64,000 bases of DNA from Iphione sp. A-MEVVRFRX5 (Eukaryota), in assembly GCA_976226885.1 (NCBI GenBank), contig OZ320314.1, positions 110,360,001-110,424,000 on the forward strand, given 5' to 3'. Made by a program: the position numbers and the translations under genes. Each line of letters starts with the position of its first letter. Within the stretch, counting starts at the first letter, position 1. This document shows positions 24,950 through 37,151 of this stretch, one piece after another. Below the pieces are notes generated by a model. The model was not told the origin of the DNA. It did not search any database and saw nothing but the letters and a program-made list of their open reading frames with translations.

Positions 24950-27400
24950 AGCCCTTCTGGGTAGTGGAGCAAGGATGAGGCATTGAGGAGCAGGCAGCAG
25001 CGGCATAAGGGTGTGCGCTCCATCCCCTTTCCTTCTTAGCATGGATGCCGGGCTGATGTTATGATCAGCCTTTAACTCACCGAGGGCTAACTCTAAGGTT
25101 GCACGGGTGGTGTCCAAGCTACCTAGTGTCTCCCACATTCAGTATTCCCTGGTATCTTCATGTCCTAAGCTAGTTAGGATAACCCGGAACCTCAGCAGAC
25201 TTACTGGAGCTGAAAATGACCACAGATATAGCCCTCCTCTCTGGCATCGAGGCCTGTCCTGGACTTGCTTCCCCTTCAGCCAAACCACCGGTGGCATTAT
25301 CCCTGTAACCACTGTAAGCCCAGCCAAGTGTGTGTGTGGAGGGGGGAGGGGGTGAGTGCATGAGGACAGAACTGCCATCAATACATGGTCAGTTACGAAT
25401 ATTCAAATATTGTTGAAGCTAACCCACATCCATCAAAAGTTGCTGAAGAAGACCAGTATGTATGGCAGCAAGACAACACGATAGAAAAACCTCAGCACTT
25501 ACCTACTATACACATTAAGGCTCGTGAAAACGCTAGGTAAATCAACACCCCTCATTGCCAGCATCCATCCGGCAATGTTTCAGAACAGCGGCCAGTGGAT
25601 GAAATCGATAAGATCTCGCAACCCACAGTCCAGCTTTCAATTATGATACAACAAACATTGGGAAATGCCATGCTACACCAGGCTTAGGGCAGCAGCAGCG
25701 GGTCCCCCAACATGTGAGGCTACAAGACACCTCCAGGCCCACAACGATGGCGCGATTGTATCCGATTGACCCCCCGTCTTGCAAGTCAGCCCCTACAGCA
25801 ACAAGCCAACCTTGGGACACCTCAGACCACTCACAACCCCACACAAGCCCAGTTGCGATGTGCACCGGCAGTTCAAGGGTAAAAAGAGTTATATCTTGAC
25901 TGCGCAACCTCCTGGTTCTCTACCTACACCACCAATAAAGACAATCATGATTTCCGAATGAGGAATTTTATTTCTAAGCCTCCAAAAGAAAGGCTATACA
26001 GAGTTGATGCCTGGTATTTTGTGATTGGCGTTAGATAAAAACTAAACCTCTCCTACATGATATGCTGCACATTGTTGAGCATATATGGCAGGTTCCCCAA
26101 GACATATAGGGTGGTGACTGGTCCGCCGTTCCCAAACTGGTCAACTACCATTTTCGTCAGGATTGAGAGGTACTAAATTAGTTGGAATAAAGCAAGGATA
26201 CACGAGGAATGAGTTCGCCTGTCGTTGACCCCGATGGCAAGGCCACACTTGCTCGAAGTGCCATATGTGTCCTTGTGTCATCACAAAGATAAATCTCACT
26301 TTACTGACAATGTGTAATTTCTCCATATTGGTGCATATCTCTATGCCTTATTGGCAGCGTGCGATAATCACCAGTTTCAGCATGCGACAAGCAATCGAAT
26401 GCCTAGGTCCCACCACATCAAAACAGCAAGCCCAGACACATCAACAGACTGGGGGACCCTGCCAACACCGATCTTGGTAAGGCCTCCAAACAATATCTAT
26501 CAATAATGGTTGTCATCAGCAGCCATACTTTTTTGCTAAAAATAACTACTGCCGATATGATACTGAACATAAATTAGAGCCATCGCAGGTTGAATTGGCG
26601 CTGGCCCCAGAGGGTCTCCTCCCTGATAATCTTCGCCCCAGGTATGATGCTGTTCAAGCGACTGATGCCCCAACACACATCCCACTCTCCTAGCAGTTGA
26701 ACATGCATCTATGGCAGCGGGAGCAACCCTGGCTGCCAGAGGCTACTTCAGTACTTATGGTACGGCTTCCCTCTGGGGTACAGGGGTTTAACATGGGATA
26801 CAAGAGACACTCTAAACCATGAGAGCGCTCTCCAAGAGCCAGCACGCATACATTTGTAGGGCGCTCTCATGTAATTTCGTGTATGGACACTATGACCGGC
26901 TGCCATTCACCTCGCGTGCTCACGTCTTCTCCTTCTTGATGTAAAGGCCGAAGAAGGACAAAAGAAAACGACGAATAATGAGTGATATTCGCGTCTTCAC
27001 CATGCGTTGCATCGAGATGGGTGTGTGCCTGCGGGGCACTGGTGCGGCCACTAGCAGAGGATGCTCTGTATGTTAGGTCCCTGACCACCTACATGTATAT
27101 ATCAACTCGAGGTTGCCAACATCACTACAGCTCTCTCCATGTTCCTCACCATCGCCAATAGGGGCTGTGTGTACCATTCATGCCCTCTGTGACAATTCCG
27201 TGGCAATATCAGTGTTCAAGACTGGCCAAGGGAGAGACCCTGCCATACTGGCCGCTGCCAATGCCATCTAGTTTCATCAAACCCGCACCTAGGTCAAAAT
27301 TCGGCACCATCACGTACCCAGGAGGCACATGCAGGTCGCCGACGCCACGAACCCTTCCACACCCTCCAGACACTGATGGATGTGGCAAACCTTGTTATTT
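24950..27400 (-). mobile_element. Degenerate CRE-like (restriction-like endonuclease class) non-LTR retrotransposon remnant
   Basis: Ordered minus-strand motifs: APIGDGE (RPIAVGE-like, ~27145-27165), QGGDPLGP (QQGDPLGP-like, ~26602-26625), frameshifted W-L-A-D-D, and SQGWLVAVG...RAIVVGLEVS...CCC (SGAWLNALP...RIAVGLRLG...CPC-like, ~25690-25830). The left boundary is uncertain. Confidence 0.6.
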
Positions 27401-27879
27401 TCTATAATGTCTGTTTGCTCTTCTAACTCATTTAATGCATTTACATATTTGATTAAAAAAACAAGTAATGTATGTAACGTTCTCTACCAAACAACAACTA
27501 AAAGGTGCTTTAAACCGATCTCATAACAAATTCGCTACAAAGTATATCTTAATCCATGATGCCTCCCTCTACAAGGGACGTCCTAAAGCCTGTTTAACTG
27601 TTATGGCATCAATCTTGTCCTTTGTTTAGGGACATATTGTATTCCAATGTAGAAGACTGGAAGTTAAACTCTCTTCTCAGAACTACCAGTACCTATCAAT
27701 GGACGAAACGTTTCAAGAAATTCCAAAAGCTTTCCTTCTAGAAAGCATTGCTCGAAACACTTCTGAACCACACCCCTGCTATGAAAACATTACAAGACTA
27801 GATATGGCATTAATTTCTTCCTGACCAGCAAAAATGAAGCTTTTGGAATAGGTAATTATACTTTCACATATCATGTTTA

Positions 27880-28260
27880 GCTGCAAGGCTTAATAAAATG
27901 ATGCTTTGTAATACTAAGTATCACATAAAAGCCCATAAATTGCATGTTATTTTCAAGACAGTATCATTTCACATATTTCGTTGCAATGGCAACAAGCCAG
28001 CACTGAATGTGAGATACAGTTTCAAAACATTACACTTAATTTACCCTAATTATTTGAAGGTAAACATGCAAAATATTGCTCTTAGAAGAATGATTCAATG
28101 AGGAAATGTTCAGCAGGTGATTTCCAGTTTTCTGATACTTAATTTGTGTCTTTATGTGATATGTAAAACATATTTTCATGACCTGTAAGTATACATGTTT
28201 GAGCAAAAAAAGCACACTGATACAAATTTGTTGCATCATGGGATATATCAAAAATGGATA
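27880..28260 (+). repeat. Diverged interspersed repeat (partner at ~2360-2720)
   Basis: Same ordered blocks as 2360-2720. Confidence 0.65.
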
Positions 28261-28918
28261 TAAACATAATTGCTTAAAGTGTATTAATCAAATATGAACC
28301 AATCAAACTCTGAACCAAACAAACTCTGAATTTCCTGATAATTTTCACTGGAGCAATTGCCAAAAGAGAGTCTTTATTACATGCAAGCTGTATATACTGA
28401 TATTTCCATGTGTTTATGCATAAACACAATAATGTATGGAGCAAATTACCTATCTGATATCCAATTCCAAATAACACTCCCAAACACATCTATACTTATG
28501 CTAAAAATGTATAAATATATGTTCATGCGTTATTTTCCCTACAAAATTGAAATATCGTACTAATTAAAGCATTTACCGACTGAAAGTGAAAAAGCGTACA
28601 TGTTTTTATGTACCAGTACACCCTCATTATCTGTAAGATACTGTCATAATTAAGCCGTTTTGTAATTCAATGACTCACAGACAGGGCCCACTAGTGTAGG
28701 TTAAAAAATAACACATTCAGTGTTATTTAACTTTATATAAATAGTATATTCATTCACCACGATAAAGAATAGAACACGTAAATCTTACATATGTTACTAT
28801 GTAAAATGAAAGCACCTTCTCTTAATCCAGCAAAAGGCAATCATACCCCTGAAAACAACACTTATGGTTTCTGCTTTTGTGAGGAACCTCACCTTGAGTA
28901 GATGATCACAATCAATGC

Positions 28919-29036
28919 TTTATGATTTGCACCTGCATGTCAGCTGAAAGTGACAAAGACATTGGTTTACTATGATTATTTCATGTGTGGCATTTTCGCA
29001 AAGAACACCCTTCTGTTGCAAAACAGCCATTTTACA
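28919..29036 (+). repeat. ~118-bp repeat, inverted partner of 33698-33813
   Basis: Its reverse complement matches 33698-33813 with 9 differences by my count. Confidence 0.9.
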
Positions 29037-32000
29037 CTAGATGTACTGACATACCGACCTAGATTTTTTAAACATACACGTTTTCAATGATAACTGATTA
29101 TAACGAGATATAACTCTATATATGTATACATAATTATATTATGTTGATGTTGTGTTTCATTTCTGGATTACTTGGGTATTGTACATCTCTCACTTTTCTT
29201 CCATTGCTAGTCCAACTAAAACCATTGTACACTTCCTAGATGTATATTTGTATATTTTACTGGCTGCATACCCTCAGGAAGGTGCAAGGAAGTCAACAAA
29301 TGGCCCCCCAGAAATGTTGATAGTAAAAGGGCGACCTAGAGTAGGCCATATCCATTTTTCTTTTTTGAGGCTATTGAAACCTACCAAACCTATCATATCA
29401 TAAAAATTGACACTTTTGACATAGTTTTGGAGCCTTCTGATTTGCTCACACACTGTTTTCAACACGGTATATACTTCATAGAGGATTTGTCGAGAACATC
29501 CTAATACTACTATTGCCAAAGGGTTCGTGCATTTTATAAGGGACACGGGTCCTACGTGACGACGGTGATGAATACCCGTCATAAACGGGAAAGTTTGATA
29601 CTGGTGCTTCCGGCGAGCTATCACCACCACCCGTCCAATTTCCAGCGACTTCGCCTCATGTACGTGATGTCAGCGTTTACGCCGCAATGCTGGAGCAGGG
29701 ACCTTCACCGTAACGGAGTTTGTGCAGCAAAATGAGTTAATTGATCCTAACTGTTAGCTTTAAAACGTGTTTTGACCATCTATCAGTGTCAGTATTGCAT
29801 TCGTTCAGATTGTGGACATTTCGCGACAAGCAGGATTCAAGTTGTATTGAAAAATAAAGCATTAACTGGAGACAGTTGGGATATTCCCTTGGAAGCAAGC
29901 CTACATTTATGATGAGTTTTATGTAGGATTACATTCTTTCTATAGTAGAATTCCTTCATTAACAAGATTTTTTTTTTATAAATAACGACTATGGATAGAT
30001 ATTTTCAGTTAAGAAAAACGTGTACTCCGGTGATAAAATGGTTATACAATTGGCCTTTCAGGCATGGTCGGGGGAGGGGACATTTTAAGACACTTAAATG
30101 TCTTATCTGGCTCCCATTAGTTCAAATTTCATGTCTCGTTTTATACATAAGCGAGATCCGTCCCGCTGACAGTGACAGAGTATGCTACATTGTGCAAGGT
30201 GCTCGACCGTTCAACTAGGTGCAGGTTATTTCTTTCGCTACCTGTGTCATTGACAGTTTTGTAATCCTCCTGCCCGAGCTCCATTTAAAGCTCCTGATTA
30301 AACGACGTTGTTTCTTTTATTGCTCTCTTAGTCTAATTAACCTGCACGGGCTGAAGTATTGCGGCGTGTATTTCCACCATTTTTGAGTAGAATCCTGCCT
30401 GCAAATGCAATTACTTTCTGGAGATTACCTTTACGTTTCGATCTGATATTGATATGCATTTATTTGCAAACAATACAATACATATCATGAGCGCATCTAT
30501 AGTGGCACAACTACTCTTAGTCACATCATGACGCCTTTCTAGATAGCCCTTTGTGTCCCCCCCCCCCTGTTGTGAATTATACACTTCTCAGACGTATCAC
30601 TGTCGATAATAAAATACTCGTCATTTATTACCTATTTCCAAGGACTTTCAGACAGCCATCTACGCACGGCTCTTGATGACCACGTCGCTACGTATCTGTG
30701 CGGAGATAACATTCTATCATCATTATTGCAGTAGGGATTTAATGAAGGGTCCTATCCGCGACCCACACTGCTCCATTACACAACCAATATTGACTCAATT
30801 TCCTCAGGCTCTGTCACATCACCGTCAAAACAGAGCAATTGACACATGTATGTATATTATAACGGATACATAGTTGTAATGTAAGCATACTGTACGAACG
30901 TACAAGAAAGGGGTCATATATAAAATAACCGTTCATAACAGGCTCAAAATGTGGTAGGCCTACTTCAAAATCATTATAAATTTTGGCGAAAGTTATGCTT
31001 TATTCACCTTTGTGAAGGGAGAGTTGATGAGTGTGGAATTCAAATTTCTGGAAATATTACAGATGTAATTGAATGTTTTGGGATATTTCAAAATGTATTG
31101 AAAATGATTCCCTGCCCGCTGAATAATATTTTGTCCAGTACCTTCTGAGTTCCTGTGGTTTAAAATGACTGTATAAAGTATAGACAGTTTGATGCCTGTC
31201 TGGGTTCGAAGCATGTTTCTGTGACATTTTAGCTATATATACAGAAGTATAGTCCAAAAGACAATACCTCAATAAGTGCAGAGATCAAACCCGTCAATAA
31301 GTGCAAAAATTATAATGTAAAACGCCCAGACGTTATATTGTTTTGCCAAGATATATGATAGTGGGTAATGCATGTAAATTATACGATGTACATGAACCCT
31401 AAGGCACGATGTACATAAATATAAGATGTATATGCAGGATCCACAGACGAATGGAGATCCCGCTCTGAAATATGATTGGGGTCTCTCCACTCCTTACAAA
31501 ACACATTTATACCAGTTTGTCCCTGACATGCGCGGATGCTCCACCTATTGGAGTGGAAGATTACCTCTGCAGCTGCACTTATTACAAGTGGCAACCTATC
31601 AACTCCAACGTATAGTGCGTTCTGCCTTTTGGTCTCAGTGCGATCTATGTAAGCGATTTTTAACTAGATTTTTCTAGGATAGATTACAAACTTATCCTTA
31701 TGAAGTGTGTTTGGTGACTACGAAAAATATACGCTCCATTGATATATAGCTTAAATATGAGCTTGCATGACTCCATATACACACTGCCCTATGCTTTGCA
31801 TCGAGTAAAATATTTCAGGTTGATGTATACCTGGGGAAAGACTACACTTAGTCTCATAATGCACAGTCTGATGGTTCGTAAGACGACCCTTCCACCATCG
31901 TACCATCTCCATTAACTGCACCATGGTCTCAGAGGATGTGCTACATGTCTTCAGTTCCTTGATCTTCTCGATAAGGAACACTTCATCGTTGCATCAGGTC

Positions 32001-33697
32001 TTCGGATTTCAGACTCAACAGACTTGTCAGCCACATATGTGTTACGTCTACCGTCAATATATATCTGTTTTTATCTATTGTGTATAAGTTCACTTGTCTA
32101 CGTTTAGTTATTCTTTCCTATTTAACAACCATTTGAAGTTAAAATATGTGATAAAATTCTATGGAATGAGACTGCAGGAGCATAGGAGGTGCGTATGTAA
32201 ACAGATATGTCTATTGGTAAGTAGGTAGCTAAAAATCAAAACGGCTGCACATATATATCTATTCTGCTGAGGAAAGTTGGTAGGTATGGGGTATGTATAG
32301 ATAACTTGGTATGTTTCTAGGATGAGTAGCTATGAAGTTCAGATGGCACTTACGCGGATATGAATACGTGGCAGGGTATCAAGTAAGCTAGGTACATGAT
32401 AAAGAGGGTAAATATGGGAAGTGTCGTGGAGTGGAGGTAAGGAGATTCAAATAGGAAGATGGATATCTTCGTAGCATCATATGTATTTAGCGTTAGTTGG
32501 GTAGATTAGTAAGTATAGTAACAACTCACTTTGTGGGCAATACAACATGGGGGCAATGCAGAATGGGGAGCAAATATGGCGGGTCCCGATGATTAATTTC
32601 CTACAATACAACCCCCTCAGCTAGCAGGGCGTGTTGCTGAGTCAATAAGTGGATGTTCCATGTAGCATGAAGCGTAGGCAAACCTATAGAAGTAAGTAGT
32701 TAGGTGAATCTGAGAGGTATTATGAAATGCTGGTGGGTGAATAGTTGGGTAGGTGAGTTAGTATGGGGCTGTAGACTCGGCATGCAAATAGGGTATGAAA
32801 TGGGAACTAGCAGGCAGTTAGGTAGGTGAATCAAAAGGTAAATATAATAATATGCAGGTTACCAGGGGGTCAGGTGAGTTATAGGGTAGATATGAGAGAT
32901 GGAGTGAAATGTATTCTATCAGGGAGTAATATAGGTCAGGCCCTAAGTAGAAAGGAAAGATGACGTGAAACAAAAGCTAGCAGGAAGTTGGAAAGGTGAG
33001 CTAGTACGCAGACATGAGAGATGGTTTGAAATGAAGGTTGCAGGGAGTTCGACAGGTGAATCAGAAGGGAGATTTAGGAGATGAAGTATGCGGAAGGCCT
33101 CATGAATTGCAGGTTGATAGGGAGATTGGTAGTTGTGCATAGAGATGATTTTGATGGTATAAGTGAAGGTACCGGGATGGTTTGATGTAGATTAATGTCA
33201 TTTAATCTGCAGACTACACCGGGAAATATAAGATCACTTGAAAATCTTCAATAATGCAGTCAGATCGAATATTGTTGAGGTAAAAACTAATACTATCTGT
33301 CGTATTCTCCTGTTACAGGTGAAGATTAACAAATACGATTATAACAAAATTAATGACGAAGTAACGTGCATCTGATGATAATTATGTGTAAAACTGCTGC
33401 AGGAGATGCAATGTTTGCGTGGGCTGCCGCAAAAGCATTCTCTACATTTTAAATACCCTGCTGTGACCATTATATGATAAGGGGGTATTATCAGACTACA
33501 GACACAACATATGCTGCATTAACCTCGAATGATAAAGGACGGCTGCTCTAGTGTCAGGACGTTTCTTTGAAAGAAGATTTACGAGGCCCCTACAGCAGAG
33601 AGTATGACATTGGGCCTAATACAAACTGACACACGCACACTTACACTGCCAAAGGACAGGTCGATGTTGGCGATGTCAGGAAAATTTAACTAGAACC

Positions 33698-33813
33698 TGT
33701 AAAATGGCTGTTTTGCAAGAGAAGGTATTCTTTGCGAAAATGTCACACATGAAATAATCATAGTAAACAAATGTCTGTGTCGCTTTCGGGTGACATGCAG
33801 GTGCAAATCATAA
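33698..33813 (-). repeat. ~116-bp repeat, inverted partner of 28919-29036
   Basis: TGTAAAATGGCTGTTTTGCAA...GACATGCAGGTGCAAATCATAAA. Confidence 0.9.
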
Positions 33814-34409
33814 AATATCGGCGCTTGCTAACTGAAGCAATTGCATTTATCAAGCGACAGAAAACTCTTAATTTTAACACCTGCATCACTTCACAAGCAC
33901 TTGGATAATCATACCTGAGTCATCCTTAAGTATCGTAGCTACATAACTTGATATATAAATGGATAGTGCCCAGCAGTATGACGAAACCGTAACGTTAATT
34001 CAAGCAATGTCAGGGCAGGAGTGTATCTCAGAATGATTTTCTTAAAGGTATAGGGCGCAATATTGGATCGTCTTTTCCTGAAAACCTCGGAATAGGATGA
34101 TACAGAAACCTGTATATGCTGCATCGACACATATTATATTGGCGTCTACTATGCAGCAGGTGCAATCAGTACATCACATGATTCTACACGGAAATTGTTT
34201 TGATTTTATGGTCCTGTCTGCCCCAGTAGTGGTATCAAACTGGTTTATACACTACGCGTCCTATACTCAAATGCCCGCAATTCCTGTTGTATCTGTAGTG
34301 CGAGGTATTAAGATTGTCCAATAGTGACACATATCATTTACGAACAGTTTGGAAAGGAAGCAAGGTTCTTCACAGAAGAGACCTTCCACTTTATATAAAT
34401 ATTCTATAT

Positions 34410-34964
34410 ATGTAATTCAGATTTAGATAGAATGACCACCATTATGATGTCATGTACTTTACATTGACACACATTTAAAACAAGTTATACTATTTCTTGG
34501 AGTTTTGCCTCATATAACGACATGTTTTCAATGATAACTCATTCTAATGAGGGATGACTATATATATGTATATATATGGTCTGTAAGCTATAACATGAAA
34601 ATTTTGTTCAGCATAACTTGAAAGTGATACCTACTGAATTTAACTGTCTAGAGTTGGCCATATTGTGCATACATCGACATTAGCCATGGAGTCTCAATAG
34701 AATTCCTTGTAAAATTTAGATCCTCACACTTTAACATCCCTCCAAAATATATGAGAATATTGAAGACCTGTTCACAAACAAATATTCCAAAGCCTAATAC
34801 TTAGACTTATATCTAGCTTAAATGGAAAAATGTTTTGACAAATAAAACATTTCATGTATATCATCAATAATCATTTATTCACAGGTATACTAAAGTCCTG
34901 ACACACTATCATCATCCACTTTAGGACATTTCAGAAATCTAATAGGATAACAACAATGATACAC
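34410..34964. repeat. Copy 1 of a ~555-bp local duplication (uninterrupted)
   Basis: Near-identical to 35254-35574 joined to 39990-40219 (shared start ATGTAATTCAGATTTAGATAGAATGACCACC, shared end AATGATACAC). Confidence 0.95.
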
Positions 34965-35033
34965 CAGAAGCTTACACAAGTGGTTATACGTCATGACATA
35001 ACACTTTATTGGCCATATAGATTTTTTTTTCAA

Positions 35034-35154
35034 CACCTTCTTTTAAACAATAACAGTAACAACAATACACCTTGGGTGGGAGATTATCTATCCACGTTCT
35101 TTTCAACAATAACAATAACAACAGTACATCTTGAGTGGGAGATCTTCTCCCCAC
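35034..35154. repeat. Two-copy ~59-bp tandem repeat between the duplicates
   Basis: CACCTTCTTTTAAACAATAACAGTAACAACAATACACCTTGGGTGGGAGAT versus CACGTTCTTTTCAACAATAACAATAACAACAGTACATCTTGAGTGGGAGAT. Confidence 0.8.
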
Positions 35155-36283
35155 CTGCCAACCATGGACTCCCATCCCACTTACTGAAACACTGAAAAGG
35201 GATACTTCAGAGGAGAAGTAGCATTCACTCCCTTATTCTGTTCTGGTCTATCAATGTAATTCAGATTTAGATAGAATGACCACCATTATAATGTCATGTA
35301 CTTTACATTGACACACATTTACAACAAGTTATACCATTTCTTGGAGTTTTGCCTCATATAATGACACATTTTCAATGATAACTTATTCTAATGAGGTATG
35401 ACTATATATATATATATGGTCTGTAAGCTATAACATGAAAATTTTGTTCAGCATAACTTGAAAGTGATACCTACTGAGTTTAGCTGTCTAGAGTTGGCCA
35501 TATTGTGCATACATCGACGTTAGCCATGGAGTCTCGATAGAATTCCTTGTAAAATTTAGATTCTCATACTTTAACCCCTTAAGGTCCGTGCGGAATTGAC
35601 GCATTTTAGTGGGGTGGGGAGCTACTCGTGGTAAATATGTTGTATTTTTGGATTGGTTGCGAATATTAACACCAAATTTGAACTAAATGAAAGAGGAGAG
35701 ATTTGGCTTTAATTTTATATATAAAATGCGATATTGACATGAATCCATTTATTAATATGAAGGCTATTTATTCTGAAATGTGCATGGAAAATCATCATGA
35801 AAATAACACATCGTAGTTTCAATTGGAAAAAAAGAGTGGAAATATTATTTTTAGAGGTAGGGTGTGAGCAGACGAAATGTAGCTAATGAAAAAACCTTCC
35901 AAACGATATATAGATCAATCCCCTACGTGAATTGAGTGAATCGCCATGAGTTCTGGTAGATGGGGCTAGTTGTTCCGAAAAAGTGATGGTTCAACACTAT
36001 AAGCACAGATGGAGCCTGTGGTACTGCGTGATGTTGCGTCATGCTTGGAAAATGTATGTAAATTGTTTATTATATTTGTATTTTTTGGTGATGATGATAG
36101 AAACAAATGCCCAAGTAGATGAGAAACCTGTATACAATGAATTTATGGAAAATTGGCTGGTTATTATTGATTGTACCATGTCGTAAGTGACACCTCGTGC
36201 TTCCTGTGTTGACGTCACGTCCTGCAGAAGAAGCGACCCAGCAAGTATCTGATGAAAATCACTGTTATTTGTAAACATCCACA

Positions 36284-37139
36284 ATGGAAACTCTTCATGT
36301 AGCCTTCCTTGAAAAAGGGTAGGTATTTGTGCATGTCCATATCTCATTTTTAATAATTATATTAATTGGGATATGCCCAGTAGCACTCTTTGAAAAGTAC
36401 CTTGTGCCAGCCTGCTGTACGTTGCCGACCGAGTGAAATACACGCGTTAGCTTGTGATGTAGCGCCTGTATGTAATGCATGTGCCAATTACCTATGTATG
36501 CTGATATATTACTATCGCAGTATTTAATTATACCAAAAATTGCTGATTTACAGGTATGCCATGCCAGATTTCATTGTGCATGTAATTCGTCGTGGTACTA
36601 GCAGAAAGCAGGTCTACAAGCGACTATGGGCCGTAACAGTTGTGAGTGTAACTTCACTTCACCTCCTAGATGTAAAATATTGCGGATGATATTATATGCG
36701 TACAAAACATAGAAAAATGCTTGGAATCAGTGTTATTTATTATTTGACTGCTTGCTCTCTTCATTAGTTCGTTGGAAAAATCGGTAACGGGAGGACAATA
36801 TCATTCCCCAGAGAATTGAAGGAAGCAGTTAGAGAACAATTCCCCGTCTCTGCAGCTGGAGCGTATGACTACCAGTATGACAACGACAATGGAAAAGTGA
36901 GTTACTAAGTGGCAAAGAAACAGGCATACATTTATTACATATAATTGTACATTGAGAAACTGTCCATAAATGATGTTTGAGAACTATATGAGCCCATTGT
37001 AATTTTGAAATAAGTAAAGAACATCAATCTCACTATTGTTTGACACTAACATGATCTCTGGTACATATTGAACTTTCAGGCCTATCATGTATCCCTTGAG
37101 GAGTTGGCCACCATCGATTATCCACCGGTGAAATGCTAG
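36284..37139 (+). CDS. Putative second (passenger/accessory) gene inside the piggyBac: 4 coding exons, 103 aa, P2X7-ballast/KolX-like motif
   Basis: Exons 36284-36318, 36554-36641, 36768-36896 and 37080-37139, with donors GTAGGT/GTGAGT/GTGAGT and acceptors TTTACAG/TTCATTAG/CTTTCAG in matching phases, give an uninterrupted ORF METLHVAFLEKGYAMPDFIVHVIRRGTSRKQVYKRLWAVTVFVGKIGNGRTISFPRELKEAVREQFPVSAAGAYDYQYDNDNGKAYHVSLEELATIDYPPVKC*. Start context ACAATGG. The true 5' end is uncertain. Confidence 0.6.
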
Positions 37140-37151
37140 GATCCTGAGGTA

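Noticed and set aside
29274-29630. 118-aa ORF and other 60-130 aa ORFs in 10700-11900, 15500-17100 and 44100-46100
   Set aside because: No recognisable motifs, splice structure or codon bias; lengths are consistent with chance.
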